A stretch of DNA of 64,000 nucleotides, taken from positions 254,036 through 318,035 of the forward strand of contig OZ242039.1 of the NCBI GenBank assembly GCA_965205085.1, read 5' to 3'. Both the position numbers and the translations under genes were made by a program. The stretch is from Bryobacterales bacterium. GTDB taxonomy: Bacteria > Acidobacteriota > Terriglobia > Bryobacterales > UBA6623. Below the pieces are notes generated by a model. The model was not told where the DNA came from and ran no database searches. It was given only the letters and a program-made list of their open reading frames with translations. The number at the start of each line of letters is the position of its first letter. Positions within the stretch are counted from its first letter, which is position 1. Shown here piece by piece: positions 20,527-29,194 of the stretch.

Positions 20527-22313
20527 GTGTCTGCCAGAAAACCCTTTTTGGGCACGAGGTCTCGCTCGAAGGTGAAAACAATATCGATGACAAATGGTTG
20601 GATTAGGCCTGATTAGGTCCGTCTGAGTGCCTGTCACTTCACCTCAAGGCCGCATTTGCAGCCGTTCTGAGGGCTCTCAACCGCCGCTTTGGCCGATCAG
20701 ACACAGCTCCCCCTGCCGGGCCGTGGCCCGGCTCCCGGCGGGGTGCCCGAAACCGCTTCAGGCCGCCAGGCTGCACTGGGCAGCCTCGCGGTCCGCTTGC
20801 AGCAGGACCCGTCCCAGGCGGTGCAGGTTGGCCCCCAACACCGCCAGCGCCACGGTGCGCTCGAAGCCTGCCTTGCCCATCGTCCGCACCCGGTCCAGTC
20901 CGTGATGCTCCAGATGATTGATCGCCGCCTCCACCGCCGAGTGCTGCCGCCGCGCCTTCCGAAACGACTCCTCGGCCTCCCGCTCCCGCTGGGCCGCGCT
21001 CAACTTGCCCTTCGCCGGTAGCGCATTCAGATCCAGCAGCTTGTCCAGCTTGATCCGATTCTCCGGACTGTGAAAGTTGCGGTCAAAACTGCACGCCCGC
21101 AAGTCCGGGAACAGCTCCTGCGTCTCCTCGATAATCGGCTCCGCGATGTCCACGTCGCCGCCTTCCCACAGCACCTTGTGGTGCAGCAGAAACTGGTGCT
21201 GGTCCTCGACCACGCAGACCGGCACTCCCAGCTCCACCGGACAGCCGGCCTTGCCCTTCGAGATCCAGCGCGTGTGCGGCTCAAAGATCGAGAACACCTT
21301 CTCCTCCTGCGGAATCTTCTCGCCTTCCAGCAGCCGCCGCTCGGACTGGTCGATCTGACGCTCTGCATGGGCAATCAAGTCCTTGATTTGCTGGATCCTG
21401 GACTTCTTCATTCCTGCCTCCTCCAAGGCCTTCAGACTGCTCTTGGCGCGGCTGACCAAGTCCTTGCAGGTGCGCAGATAGGCCACCACCCGGGGACGCG
21501 TGGCCCGGCGCGTCTGCCGCACCGCATGGAACAGTGAGCGCACCTTGCGGGCCTGCTTCTGCCACTGCCGCCAGCCCGTCACGCCGTGCGGACCGGCCTG
21601 CCGCCCCAGACACTTCAGCAAACATCGCATCGCATCCCACAACAGCGAGACGTCGGTCGGATAGTGCACGTCGGTCTCGGCCACGAACGAGTCACACCGC
21701 CCGCGCAAGGCCTCCCCCGGGCTGTGGTCCAGGACCGTGTGGCCCTCCTGCACCAGAACCTTGTTGATCGCGGCCAGCAACTCCGGCGTCAGCAGGGAGA
21801 CATTGTCGAGCAGGCGCTGATGCTTGTAGCGGGTCTCGTCGAACACGCCGTGGCCCAGCATCTGGCGCACCTGGTCGTGGTGATTGGCCAGGTTGCGGAG
21901 CCGGTCGAAGTCCAGGTTGAGACCCTCCTTGAGCAGCCCCAGCACCAGGATCTGCCAGAGGTCCAGCCCCGGTCGACCGACCCCCCGCTTGACGTGGGCC
22001 AGCAAGTGCTTCTCCAGCAGGCCCATCACCTGGGTGTAGACCGCCGGCGTACAGAACAGATGCTGCAAACCGCGCAGGACCGCCGTCGTGTCGTCGCGAC
22101 AATCGAGTTCGATCTCCATCTTCTCGATCGACACCTGACCGATCTGCAGTTGTCGTTGGTGAATTTCGCGCATCAGGGTTTTCCCGTCCTCTGAAGATGG
22201 GCCGTTTCTGGCCCGATTCAGCCCCCAAGCGCCTGAAAACCGCTTTCTTGGGGCCGTCAAATCACTATTATATCACTGATATCAAAAGATTTCTAGGGTT
22301 TTCGGGCAGACAC
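20527..22313 (-). mobile_element. Apparently intact 1787-bp insertion sequence (DDE transposase; ISNCY/ISDol1-like by memory)
   Basis: Terminal inverted repeats GTGTCTGCC(A/C)GAAAACCCT at 20527-20545 and 22295-22313, flanked by a perfect direct repeat AAGCTA (20521-20526 and 22314-22319). Confidence 0.85.
20758..22173 (-). CDS. DDE transposase (IS4/IS5 superfamily; ISNCY-like)
   Basis: Uninterrupted 471 aa from MREIHQRQLQIG. Motifs DSFVAETDVHYPTD, CSFDRNFHS and C-terminal RQHSAVEAAINHLEHHGLDRVR..G...F are typical of this transposase class. Confidence 0.85.
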   Translation of the reverse strand: MREIHQRQLQIGQVSIEKMEIELDCRDDTTAVLRGLQHLFCTPAVYTQVMGLLEKHLLAHVKRGVGRPGLDLWQILVLGLLKEGLNLDFDRLRNLANHHDQVRQMLGHGVFDETRYKHQRLLDNVSLLTPELLAAINKVLVQEGHTVLDHSPGEALRGRCDSFVAETDVHYPTDVSLLWDAMRCLLKCLGRQAGPHGVTGWRQWQKQARKVRSLFHAVRQTRRATRPRVVAYLRTCKDLVSRAKSSLKALEEAGMKKSRIQQIKDLIAHAERQIDQSERRLLEGEKIPQEEKVFSIFEPHTRWISKGKAGCPVELGVPVCVVEDQHQFLLHHKVLWEGGDVDIAEPIIEETQELFPDLRACSFDRNFHSPENRIKLDKLLDLNALPAKGKLSAAQREREAEESFRKARRQHSAVEAAINHLEHHGLDRVRTMGKAGFERTVALAVLGANLHRLGRVLLQADREAAQCSLAA

Positions 22314-22522
22314 AAGCTAGCATTGCTCGATGCGACCCTCGCCTCGCATCGCTGCCCGCGCCGGCTCGATACCCGCCGGGGCGAGGGGCGCAATTGGCCT
22401 CCTGTCCGGCTGTTGGACGCCACCGCATTGATGCTCCGCATTCAGCGGTTCAGCCCACAGCAGTCGGCGAAGTTGTCGGGCGCTTGAACCACTACACTGG
22501 ATGGCTGACGTTGGCCTCGTCT

Positions 22523-23938
22523 ATGCCGTTGCTGCTGGGTCTGATCCTCCTCCTGCCGATAGCCGCCGCCCAGCGGCCCAACATCGTGCTCGTTCTAGCC
22601 GACGACCAGGGCTGGGGGGAGACCGGCTACAACGGCCACCCGCACCTCAAGACCCCAATTCTCGATGAGATGGCATCGGCCGGACTGCGGTTCGACCGCT
22701 TCTATGCGGCAGCTCCGAATTGCTCGCCCACCCGGACCTCGATCCTTACCGGCCGGCATCCGAATCGGTCCGGTGTGTTCGCCCCCAACCACACCACACG
22801 ACCTCAGGAGATCACAATCGCTCAAGTCCTGCGGGAGTCCGGTTACCGGACCGGGCACTTCGGGAAGTGGCATGTCGGGGCGGTGAAGGCCGCCTCGCCG
22901 ACGAACCCTGCGCGGCTGGGCTATGACGAGTACCTGGCCCACGACAACTTCTTCGAGTTGGACCCTCCGATGAGCCGCAATGGAGCGCCCCCACAGGTTG
23001 TCCGGGGCGAGAGTTCGGAAGTCTGTGTGGATGCCGCCGTGTCCTTCCTGGAATCGGTTCTTTCTGAGGGGTCTGACCCGTTCTTCGTAACGCTTTGGTT
23101 TGGCTCTCCCCACAGTCCATACCGAGCCTTGCCGCCTGACACCAAACTCTATCGACATCTTTCCGGTGTTGATTTGGCGAACCGCTTCGCGGAGATTACA
23201 GCGATGGACCGCGCCCTCGGTCGCTTTCGCCGGTGGCTGCGCGAGCAAGGTGTCGCCGGGAACACACTGCTTTGGTTCATGTCGGACAACGGCATTACCG
23301 TAGAGGGGATTCCGGAAGACCAGCGTGCCGGGCTCCACAACGGGGGATGGCGCGGCCACAAAGGCTCCCTATACGAGGGGGGCCTGCGTGTCCCCGCAAT
23401 CATCGAGTGGCCCTTGGCCATCAAGGCACCGCGACGAACCTCCGTTCCGGTCGTGACGAGTGACATTCTTCCAACACTGCTGGGCCTGGTCGGCCTCGAC
23501 CATCCTGCCCCGCAGCGCCCGCTGGACGGCATCGATATCACCGCTCTCATCGTGTCGAATGAGCTGGAGGAGCGTCCGGAACCGATCGGTTTCTGGCGTT
23601 TCGATCGGAGTACTGAGGTCGAGAACGGTCGCTGGATGGATGCCGAGCTAACGAGGGGAACGACGCCGACAACTCGGAATCCAGGCATCGACTTCGTGAA
23701 TTTCAAGCATCCTGTGGCCCGGATCAAGGATTTCGGCGGTGTTGCGGCGTGGATGGATGGACGGTACAAGCTGGTTCGAGTAGCAAGCGAGGAAACTGAA
23801 CTGTACGATCTTGTTGACGACCCCAGAGAAGAGACCGACCTGGCTGCGAGGATGCCGCTCCGCACCGCCTCCATGGTTAAGGATCTCGAGTCTTGGCAGC
23901 GCTCAGTGGAACGGAGCCTGGCGGGCGGAGACTACTGA
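22523..23938 (+). CDS. Arylsulfatase (Cys-type, formylglycine-dependent)
   Basis: PNIVLVLADDQGWGETGYNG...CSPTRTSILTGR (C-x-P-x-R) after signal peptide MPLLLGLILLLPIAAAQ. The ORF opens at 22394, so the start is uncertain. Confidence 0.9.
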   Translation: MPLLLGLILLLPIAAAQRPNIVLVLADDQGWGETGYNGHPHLKTPILDEMASAGLRFDRFYAAAPNCSPTRTSILTGRHPNRSGVFAPNHTTRPQEITIAQVLRESGYRTGHFGKWHVGAVKAASPTNPARLGYDEYLAHDNFFELDPPMSRNGAPPQVVRGESSEVCVDAAVSFLESVLSEGSDPFFVTLWFGSPHSPYRALPPDTKLYRHLSGVDLANRFAEITAMDRALGRFRRWLREQGVAGNTLLWFMSDNGITVEGIPEDQRAGLHNGGWRGHKGSLYEGGLRVPAIIEWPLAIKAPRRTSVPVVTSDILPTLLGLVGLDHPAPQRPLDGIDITALIVSNELEERPEPIGFWRFDRSTEVENGRWMDAELTRGTTPTTRNPGIDFVNFKHPVARIKDFGGVAAWMDGRYKLVRVASEETELYDLVDDPREETDLAARMPLRTASMVKDLESWQRSVERSLAGGDY

Positions 23939-25327
23939 ACATCGATGGGGCTCTCCAACTGATCCGAGCGCGCCCGCCGTGAACGAGTGCTGGGAGCGGA
24001 AGAGCAGCCGTACGGAGTTGGAATTCCCCAATGCGAATCTGGCAGCAGCCGGTCCTGCCGGTGACTTGCCTGCCCGGAGTTCACCCTTCGAGTGGCCCAG
24101 TACTTCGTCGATCGCAACATTTTTCGTGTATCGCGTTTCAAACCGGGAAACCACCCAAGCCGCGGTTCAGGAACCGTGATGAGAAACGCCAAGCGGCGAT
24201 GGCAGCTCGAGTTCGTGCAGCCGGGAATCTCCCCGTGACACGGCACGAGCGCGGTTCGCGGTCGGGAACACGAAGGGTTGCACCGGAGTTTCACTGGTCG
24301 CACATCGCGGACTCGACGTCCTTCAGAGGACAGGATGTTCCCATGCTGAGATTCTCTAGTTTCTTGCTGTTGCGGCCGATTAGACTTGCGGAGGGCACTG
24401 GCTCTTGCCGACTAGATTCTGTCGGCAACGCTTCGTCGGGCGGCTCTACCCGCCCCCAAACTCACGCTATGGGTCCACTCGCCTCCCCCTCAATCGCACA
24501 GCCCCCAGCGTGGGAAAGTCCTGTTCAGGGGATGACAGTGCTTAGGTGCTTTCCGAACTGTCGAACAGGCCAGGCACAACTCGAGCGTCGAGGGGGCGAC
24601 CTCCACACGGTTTCAGGTGCTGAGGGGTAAGGAGCCGTCGCCGGCGACGTTGCAATCGACGACCTTCCCGCTACGATGCCTGTGACGGCTTGAAGGAATC
24701 TCCGACTCGATTCCGGCCTTCTTGAACCTGCCTCCCAACAACGTTCAGAAGCTTCTAGCAGAGCGGCTCGGTTTGACCGCCGCAGCACCACATCCCGGAT
24801 ATCTGCCACGAGTGCGCCCTGACAGCCCTTCCACACCTCCACATCTGCCAACAGGGACTCCAGATCGTCGGTCGACACCTCTCCGTCTCCAGTGCTCTCG
24901 AGTCCATCAGCGCGTGGCCGTTACCGATTCGTGCCTGTCTTGGGCGACGTCCCCCCAACCGGATCCTGTTCTCTCGCAGTCCGGGTGTTTTCTCTCCCCG
25001 AGACTGTTCCCTTGTGGAGGGAGAGTGGACCGGGAAGGCAGTCGCCAATGCCCTCAGGCCGTCAGCAGCGGTCCCGTTCTCAGTGGGTAGACATGGGTGC
25101 ACCTTCGATTGCAGAATTCCTGGTGAAACTCGGTACCAGGCAGCGGAAGCAAGTGCACCAGCTTGGCGGAACTGGCGAATGCCAGTTGGCGATGCCCACC
25201 GAAATCTTGAGCACTGGCCTGAGAATGACCGAATCCCGGAACCCTAGGCTGAGTCGCTGGAAGTCATGTCCGGTTTCGACGGTACGGGTTGCGGGACGTG
25301 ATACTATTCGGCGTAGGAGATTTCCCG

Positions 25328-26284
25328 ATGGATCGTCGCAACTTCCTTGGTAGTGGCTTGGCCAGCGCGTCGCTGGCTTCAGCGTCCCCGCTAGCTGTAG
25401 CGTCAACCAGGGGGGACGTTCCTATGCGGGTCTTCGGACGGACTGGCGAGCGCCTGACTGTGCTTGGTCAAGCTGGCGGTCGCTTTCCGCTTTGCACGTT
25501 TGAACAGGCTAAAGCGGTTACCCTTCGGGCTTACGATCTCGGGATCAACTATTTCGACAATGCCCACAGCTATTGGGGTGGCAGGTCAGAGGAAGTCTTC
25601 GGTGAGGTTCTCCCCCCGTTTCGCAAGGAGGTGTTCATCACCACCAAGAGCACGGCCCGGTCGCGTAAAGAGGCCGAGGCGGAACTTCACCTTTCCCTCA
25701 AACGTTTGAAGACGGACTACGTCGATCTCTGGCAGATTCATGCCGTAGGCGAAATGGACGAGGTCGACCAGATCTTTGGCCCGGACGGGGCAATTGAGGC
25801 GTTCGAAGCTGCCAAGAAAGCGGGAAAGTGCCGGTTTCTCGGATTCACCGGTCATCGAGATCCCCATGTACACATGGCCATGCTGGAACGGTATGACGGG
25901 TACGACACGATCCTGATGCCGCTGAACGCTGCTGACCCGTCCTACTTGAGCTTTGAGAACATCGTGTTGCCTGAAGCGCAACGACGAGGACTGGGAATCC
26001 AGGGCATGAAGAGCCTTGCCAATGCCAAGCTGTTGCAACGACTGAGCGTGAGGCAGTGCCTTCAGTACGTTCTGAGCCTTCCTATTCACTGCTTGGCGGT
26101 GGGATGCACGACCATAGGCCAAATCGAGGATGATGTGCGCGTGGCGAAGGAGTTCGGTAAGTTCGGCGAATCGCAGATGAGTCGTCTCAGAGACCGTGTG
26201 AAGGAGATTGCTGGAGCTTCGCTTGAGGACTGGAAGCGAGATCTCACTCAGGCTTCGAACTCGCCCGCTTACAAGGGGGCTTGA
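25328..26284 (+). CDS. Aldo/keto reductase with a twin-arginine signal
   Basis: MDRRNFLGSGLASASLASA (Tat motif), then the AKR core (INYFDNAHSYWGGRSEEVFG, VDLWQIHAV, GFTGH). Confidence 0.85.
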   Translation: MDRRNFLGSGLASASLASASPLAVASTRGDVPMRVFGRTGERLTVLGQAGGRFPLCTFEQAKAVTLRAYDLGINYFDNAHSYWGGRSEEVFGEVLPPFRKEVFITTKSTARSRKEAEAELHLSLKRLKTDYVDLWQIHAVGEMDEVDQIFGPDGAIEAFEAAKKAGKCRFLGFTGHRDPHVHMAMLERYDGYDTILMPLNAADPSYLSFENIVLPEAQRRGLGIQGMKSLANAKLLQRLSVRQCLQYVLSLPIHCLAVGCTTIGQIEDDVRVAKEFGKFGESQMSRLRDRVKEIAGASLEDWKRDLTQASNSPAYKGA

Positions 26285-26899
26285 TCGGTGGCCAGGGCCC
26301 CGCAGTGTGTAGTCTCGGACCAACTCCGGCACACCCCCTGCAAGACGTGGGAATGAACAGCCCGTCTGCCGTCGTTGGTACCACCACTCGGTACTAGAAT
26401 CCCTTGAATCTAGCCGGCTTGCGGCTCGGTACTTGATGGGGAATCGCTGGCCTGCACTTTGCGCCCGTCTGCCGGGATCCGGAGGCCAGGACGGTACTCC
26501 CCCCGGCCATCACCATGCCGTGTCCACTGTCACTGCGGTCGACGCTTGGCGGACAGGAACAGTCGCAAATGGGTCGTGCCCAGGGTCACCCCACTCGAAG
26601 CGCCGGACGTCCCTCGCCTCGCAGCCGCAACAGTCGGCCTCGCCCTTCAGTTTCGCTACAGGCTGATTCTGGGGTTGTGTGGACTTGGGTATAGCGCGTT
26701 GAGTGGTAGTGCTCGACGCCAACAGCAGCGGCCAGCGCGGCAGTTCTTGACGCAGGTTGCGATGGACGGTACGTGCATTCTCGGAATCCGTCTCGGAAGA
26801 CGGTGCTTCGGGGCTCCCTCCATAGCAACCCTCGGCCAACCTGTGTTCCCATGGTGAGGGCCTCGGGCCCCAAGAGAATCAACCAGGAAGAAATCGATC

Positions 26900-27200
26900 A
26901 TGCGCCTGTCGGAGGCCGAACGCCAGCGCTGTTGGGAGAACGTCGCCCAACAGCCGGGCAAGCGCCAGGAAGCGCCTCGCGCGCGCATCCTGCTGCGAGT
27001 TGATGCAGACGGGCCCAACTGGCCCGGCTGTCGTGTGGCGGAGGCCTGCGACTGCCGGGTGCGGACGGTCGAGAACGTGCGCAAGCGCAGAGTGCTGGAA
27101 TGCTTCTAGGTGGCCCTCAGCGCCTCGCCTCGACCCGCACTCTTGGCCTCCAAAGCGACTGAATGGGTGCCAGGAAGCCGACCTGATTGCGCTGCTACGG
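26900..27200 (+). pseudogene. IS630-family transposase N-terminal (HTH) fragment, frameshifted and truncated
   Basis: LSEAERQRCWENVAQQPGKRQEAPRARILL...CRVRTVENVRKR, then in another frame PRLDPHSWPPKRLNGCQEADLIALL. Both resemble IS630 ORF N-terminal regions, and no DDE part follows. Confidence 0.6.
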
Positions 27201-28211
27201 CCCTCCCAGGATTTCCCCGTGCGCCTTTCCCTCGGCTAATTCTGCAAACCGCACACGCACCTGCTCGGGAAATCGGCTACCGTCACCGACCCACTTGCTG
27301 ACGTTATTCGAGAGGGTCACTGTCGTCTCGACTCCGACACCGTCCTTGACCGTGACAAGGTCGTCGAGTTGGATGCCGTTGTTGAATGCCTCTCCCACCG
27401 TAGCATTGATTTCCTGGAAAAACTCCCGCTGCCCCTCCGCGATTTCTCGTCCGCCGTGCGGGCCGTGACCTGGTAGCAATGTTTCAAAATCCAAGTCGAG
27501 TGCCTTGGTTACGACGTTCGGCCAATTACCCGTGTTGCCGTCGCCTGTGTAGTTGAACGGGCCATTGACAATCGCATCGCCCGTGCAGAGAATCCTCTCC
27601 TCAGGAAGGAATACCATGCCGTCGCCACGCGTATGGGCCCAGCCGAAGTGGTGAAACTCAACCCGACGGCTGGTTCGTTCCAGTATGTGCGGGAGCTCCG
27701 TGAATGTCGTCTGGGGCGGCTCGACCGAGTCCCCGCCGACCGCCGCTACGTCCTCACGGTTGCTGGCAGCCGCTTGCCACCGCTCCGGTTCGTATCGCGC
27801 CATCTCCTCGGCAACTCCGACAAAGGCCAACGTTTGAGCACCGGCCCGCGTCCATAAGGCGTTTCCGTATGCGTGGTCTCCGTGGTGATGCGTGTCGAAG
27901 ACGTGCGTCACGGGCTTGGCGGAGACGTGCTTGATGTCGTCCATCAAGGCTTGGGCTCCACTGGGGAAGTTGGCATCGACTACCAGGAGCCCGTCCCCAA
28001 TGTCTATGACCACGTTGTTGCAGTGTCCGTGCTCCCGTTCGCCCAGCCGGAACCAGACGCCGTCTGTTATTAGCATCAGAGTCTCGGTTTCTGGTGGTAG
28101 AGGTGGGGCGGATGTACAGGTCCATGCTGCACCAAGACCGATGATCGCGAGAGTGACGAGCAAATAGCGCAAGTGCTGGTCTCCAGAGGCCCGGCATTCG
28201 GAGCCGAGCAA
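27195..28211 (-). CDS. MBL-fold metallo-hydrolase, secreted
   Basis: HVFDTHHHGDHAYGN (HxHxDH) plus a downstream GWAHTRGD; hydrophobic N-terminus. Confidence 0.85.
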   Translation of the reverse strand: MLGSECRASGDQHLRYLLVTLAIIGLGAAWTCTSAPPLPPETETLMLITDGVWFRLGEREHGHCNNVVIDIGDGLLVVDANFPSGAQALMDDIKHVSAKPVTHVFDTHHHGDHAYGNALWTRAGAQTLAFVGVAEEMARYEPERWQAAASNREDVAAVGGDSVEPPQTTFTELPHILERTSRRVEFHHFGWAHTRGDGMVFLPEERILCTGDAIVNGPFNYTGDGNTGNWPNVVTKALDLDFETLLPGHGPHGGREIAEGQREFFQEINATVGEAFNNGIQLDDLVTVKDGVGVETTVTLSNNVSKWVGDGSRFPEQVRVRFAELAEGKAHGEILGGP

Positions 28212-28239
28212 TACGATTATAGTGTGGAGCGATCAACCC

Positions 28240-28408
28240 AAGTCCGCAGCATGTGTGGTTGCTGCCTGGTCTGCGTCGTCGGTCATCCGGTTCTACGAGC
28301 GGATTCGCCAGAAGCGCGCTTGCGGGGGTGGGCTCGCTGTACACCTGCCCGTGGCAGAGCGGCAAGGCAACCCGAGGAGCGCCGGCCGCTGCCCTGGACT
28401 CGCCCGGC
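28240..28408 (+). mobile_element. Internal fragment of the IS30-family element
   Basis: TCTACGAGCGGATTCGCCAG...GCTCGCTGTACACCT...AGCGCCGGCCGC matches the WLYQRIRQDRAQGGSLYT..GSAGRG region of copies B, C and D. It is fused to the higB remnant. Confidence 0.7.
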
Positions 28409-28536
28409 TACCGGGTTCATCCGCTGAAGGGCCATCTCAAGGGCTGCTGGAGCATCTCCGTTTCCGGGAACTGGCGAGTGACCTTTCGCTTGAGGAAGGC
28501 AATGTCTAAGATGTCGATCTGATCGACTGCCACTGA
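28400..28536 (+). pseudogene. higB: HigB-type (killer protein, RelE/ParE superfamily) toxin; only the C-terminal ~45 codons remain, with a frameshift and an internal stop
   Basis: PGYRVHPLKGHLKGCWSISVSGNWRVTFRL, then after a frameshift [13 protein letters not shown]. This matches the HigB C-terminal consensus (..LKGdlkG.wS..vn..WRv.Fr.e.g..ydvd..DYH). Confidence 0.75.
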
Positions 28537-28547
28537 CAGGAGGTACG

Positions 28548-28865
28548 ATGATGGCGGTGATGAATCCCCCGCACCCTGGACGCAGGATCCGCGAGAACTG
28601 CCTGGAGCCGCTCGGGTTGAGCGTGACCGAAGCGGCGCACATGCTGGGCGTGGCCCGTCACACGTATTCCCGGGTTCTCGATGGCCGCGCGGGAATCTCT
28701 CCGGAAATGGCGATCCGGCTGGAAAAGGCGGGCTTGTCCAATGCCGAGTTCTGGCTTCGCCGCCAGACGACCTACGATCTCGTGCGGGCGCGCACCCGGG
28801 GAGACAGCCTCCACGTGCGGGAATTGGCCAAGAACCTCCTGATCCCAGCCGTCGGCTCACCGTAG
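28548..28865 (+). CDS. higA: HigA-family antitoxin (XRE-type HTH)
   Basis: 105 aa. [57 protein letters not shown] is the classic HigA layout. AGGAGG lies 6 nt upstream of the ATG. Confidence 0.8.
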   Translation: MMAVMNPPHPGRRIRENCLEPLGLSVTEAAHMLGVARHTYSRVLDGRAGISPEMAIRLEKAGLSNAEFWLRRQTTYDLVRARTRGDSLHVRELAKNLLIPAVGSP

Positions 28866-29194
28866 GCAGCCTGCATTGAATCAGGGTGTCCGCCGACTCT
28901 CCGCGCCGCATCGCCACTTTGCTTGGCTGAGGTGGCCGGGTGGGCAATGTTCGATGACCGTCAGGTTCAGGGCCTATCCATTGGATGATCCGTTAGTTCT
29001 CCGTGATCAGGCAATCAGGGTTGCCTCGCTGAGCCGTGCCCGCCCAGACCAGGGTCGGACAAGCCGTTTGGGGACGCTGGAGCCCTGCCCACAGGGGAGC
29101 GGCATCCGCGCTCCTTTCGAGTGGTTTTCAGTGGGTACGCTCCCGACCGGCCAACCAGCGACAGGGACGGTGGGGTATGCCACACTGGCTCTGC

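Noticed and set aside
24525-24878. 117-aa minus-strand ORF (STDDLESLLADVEVWKG...)
   Set aside because: The first ~55 residues look protein-like, but the rest is low-complexity. It has a GTG start without an RBS and no family recognised. Possibly a gene remnant.
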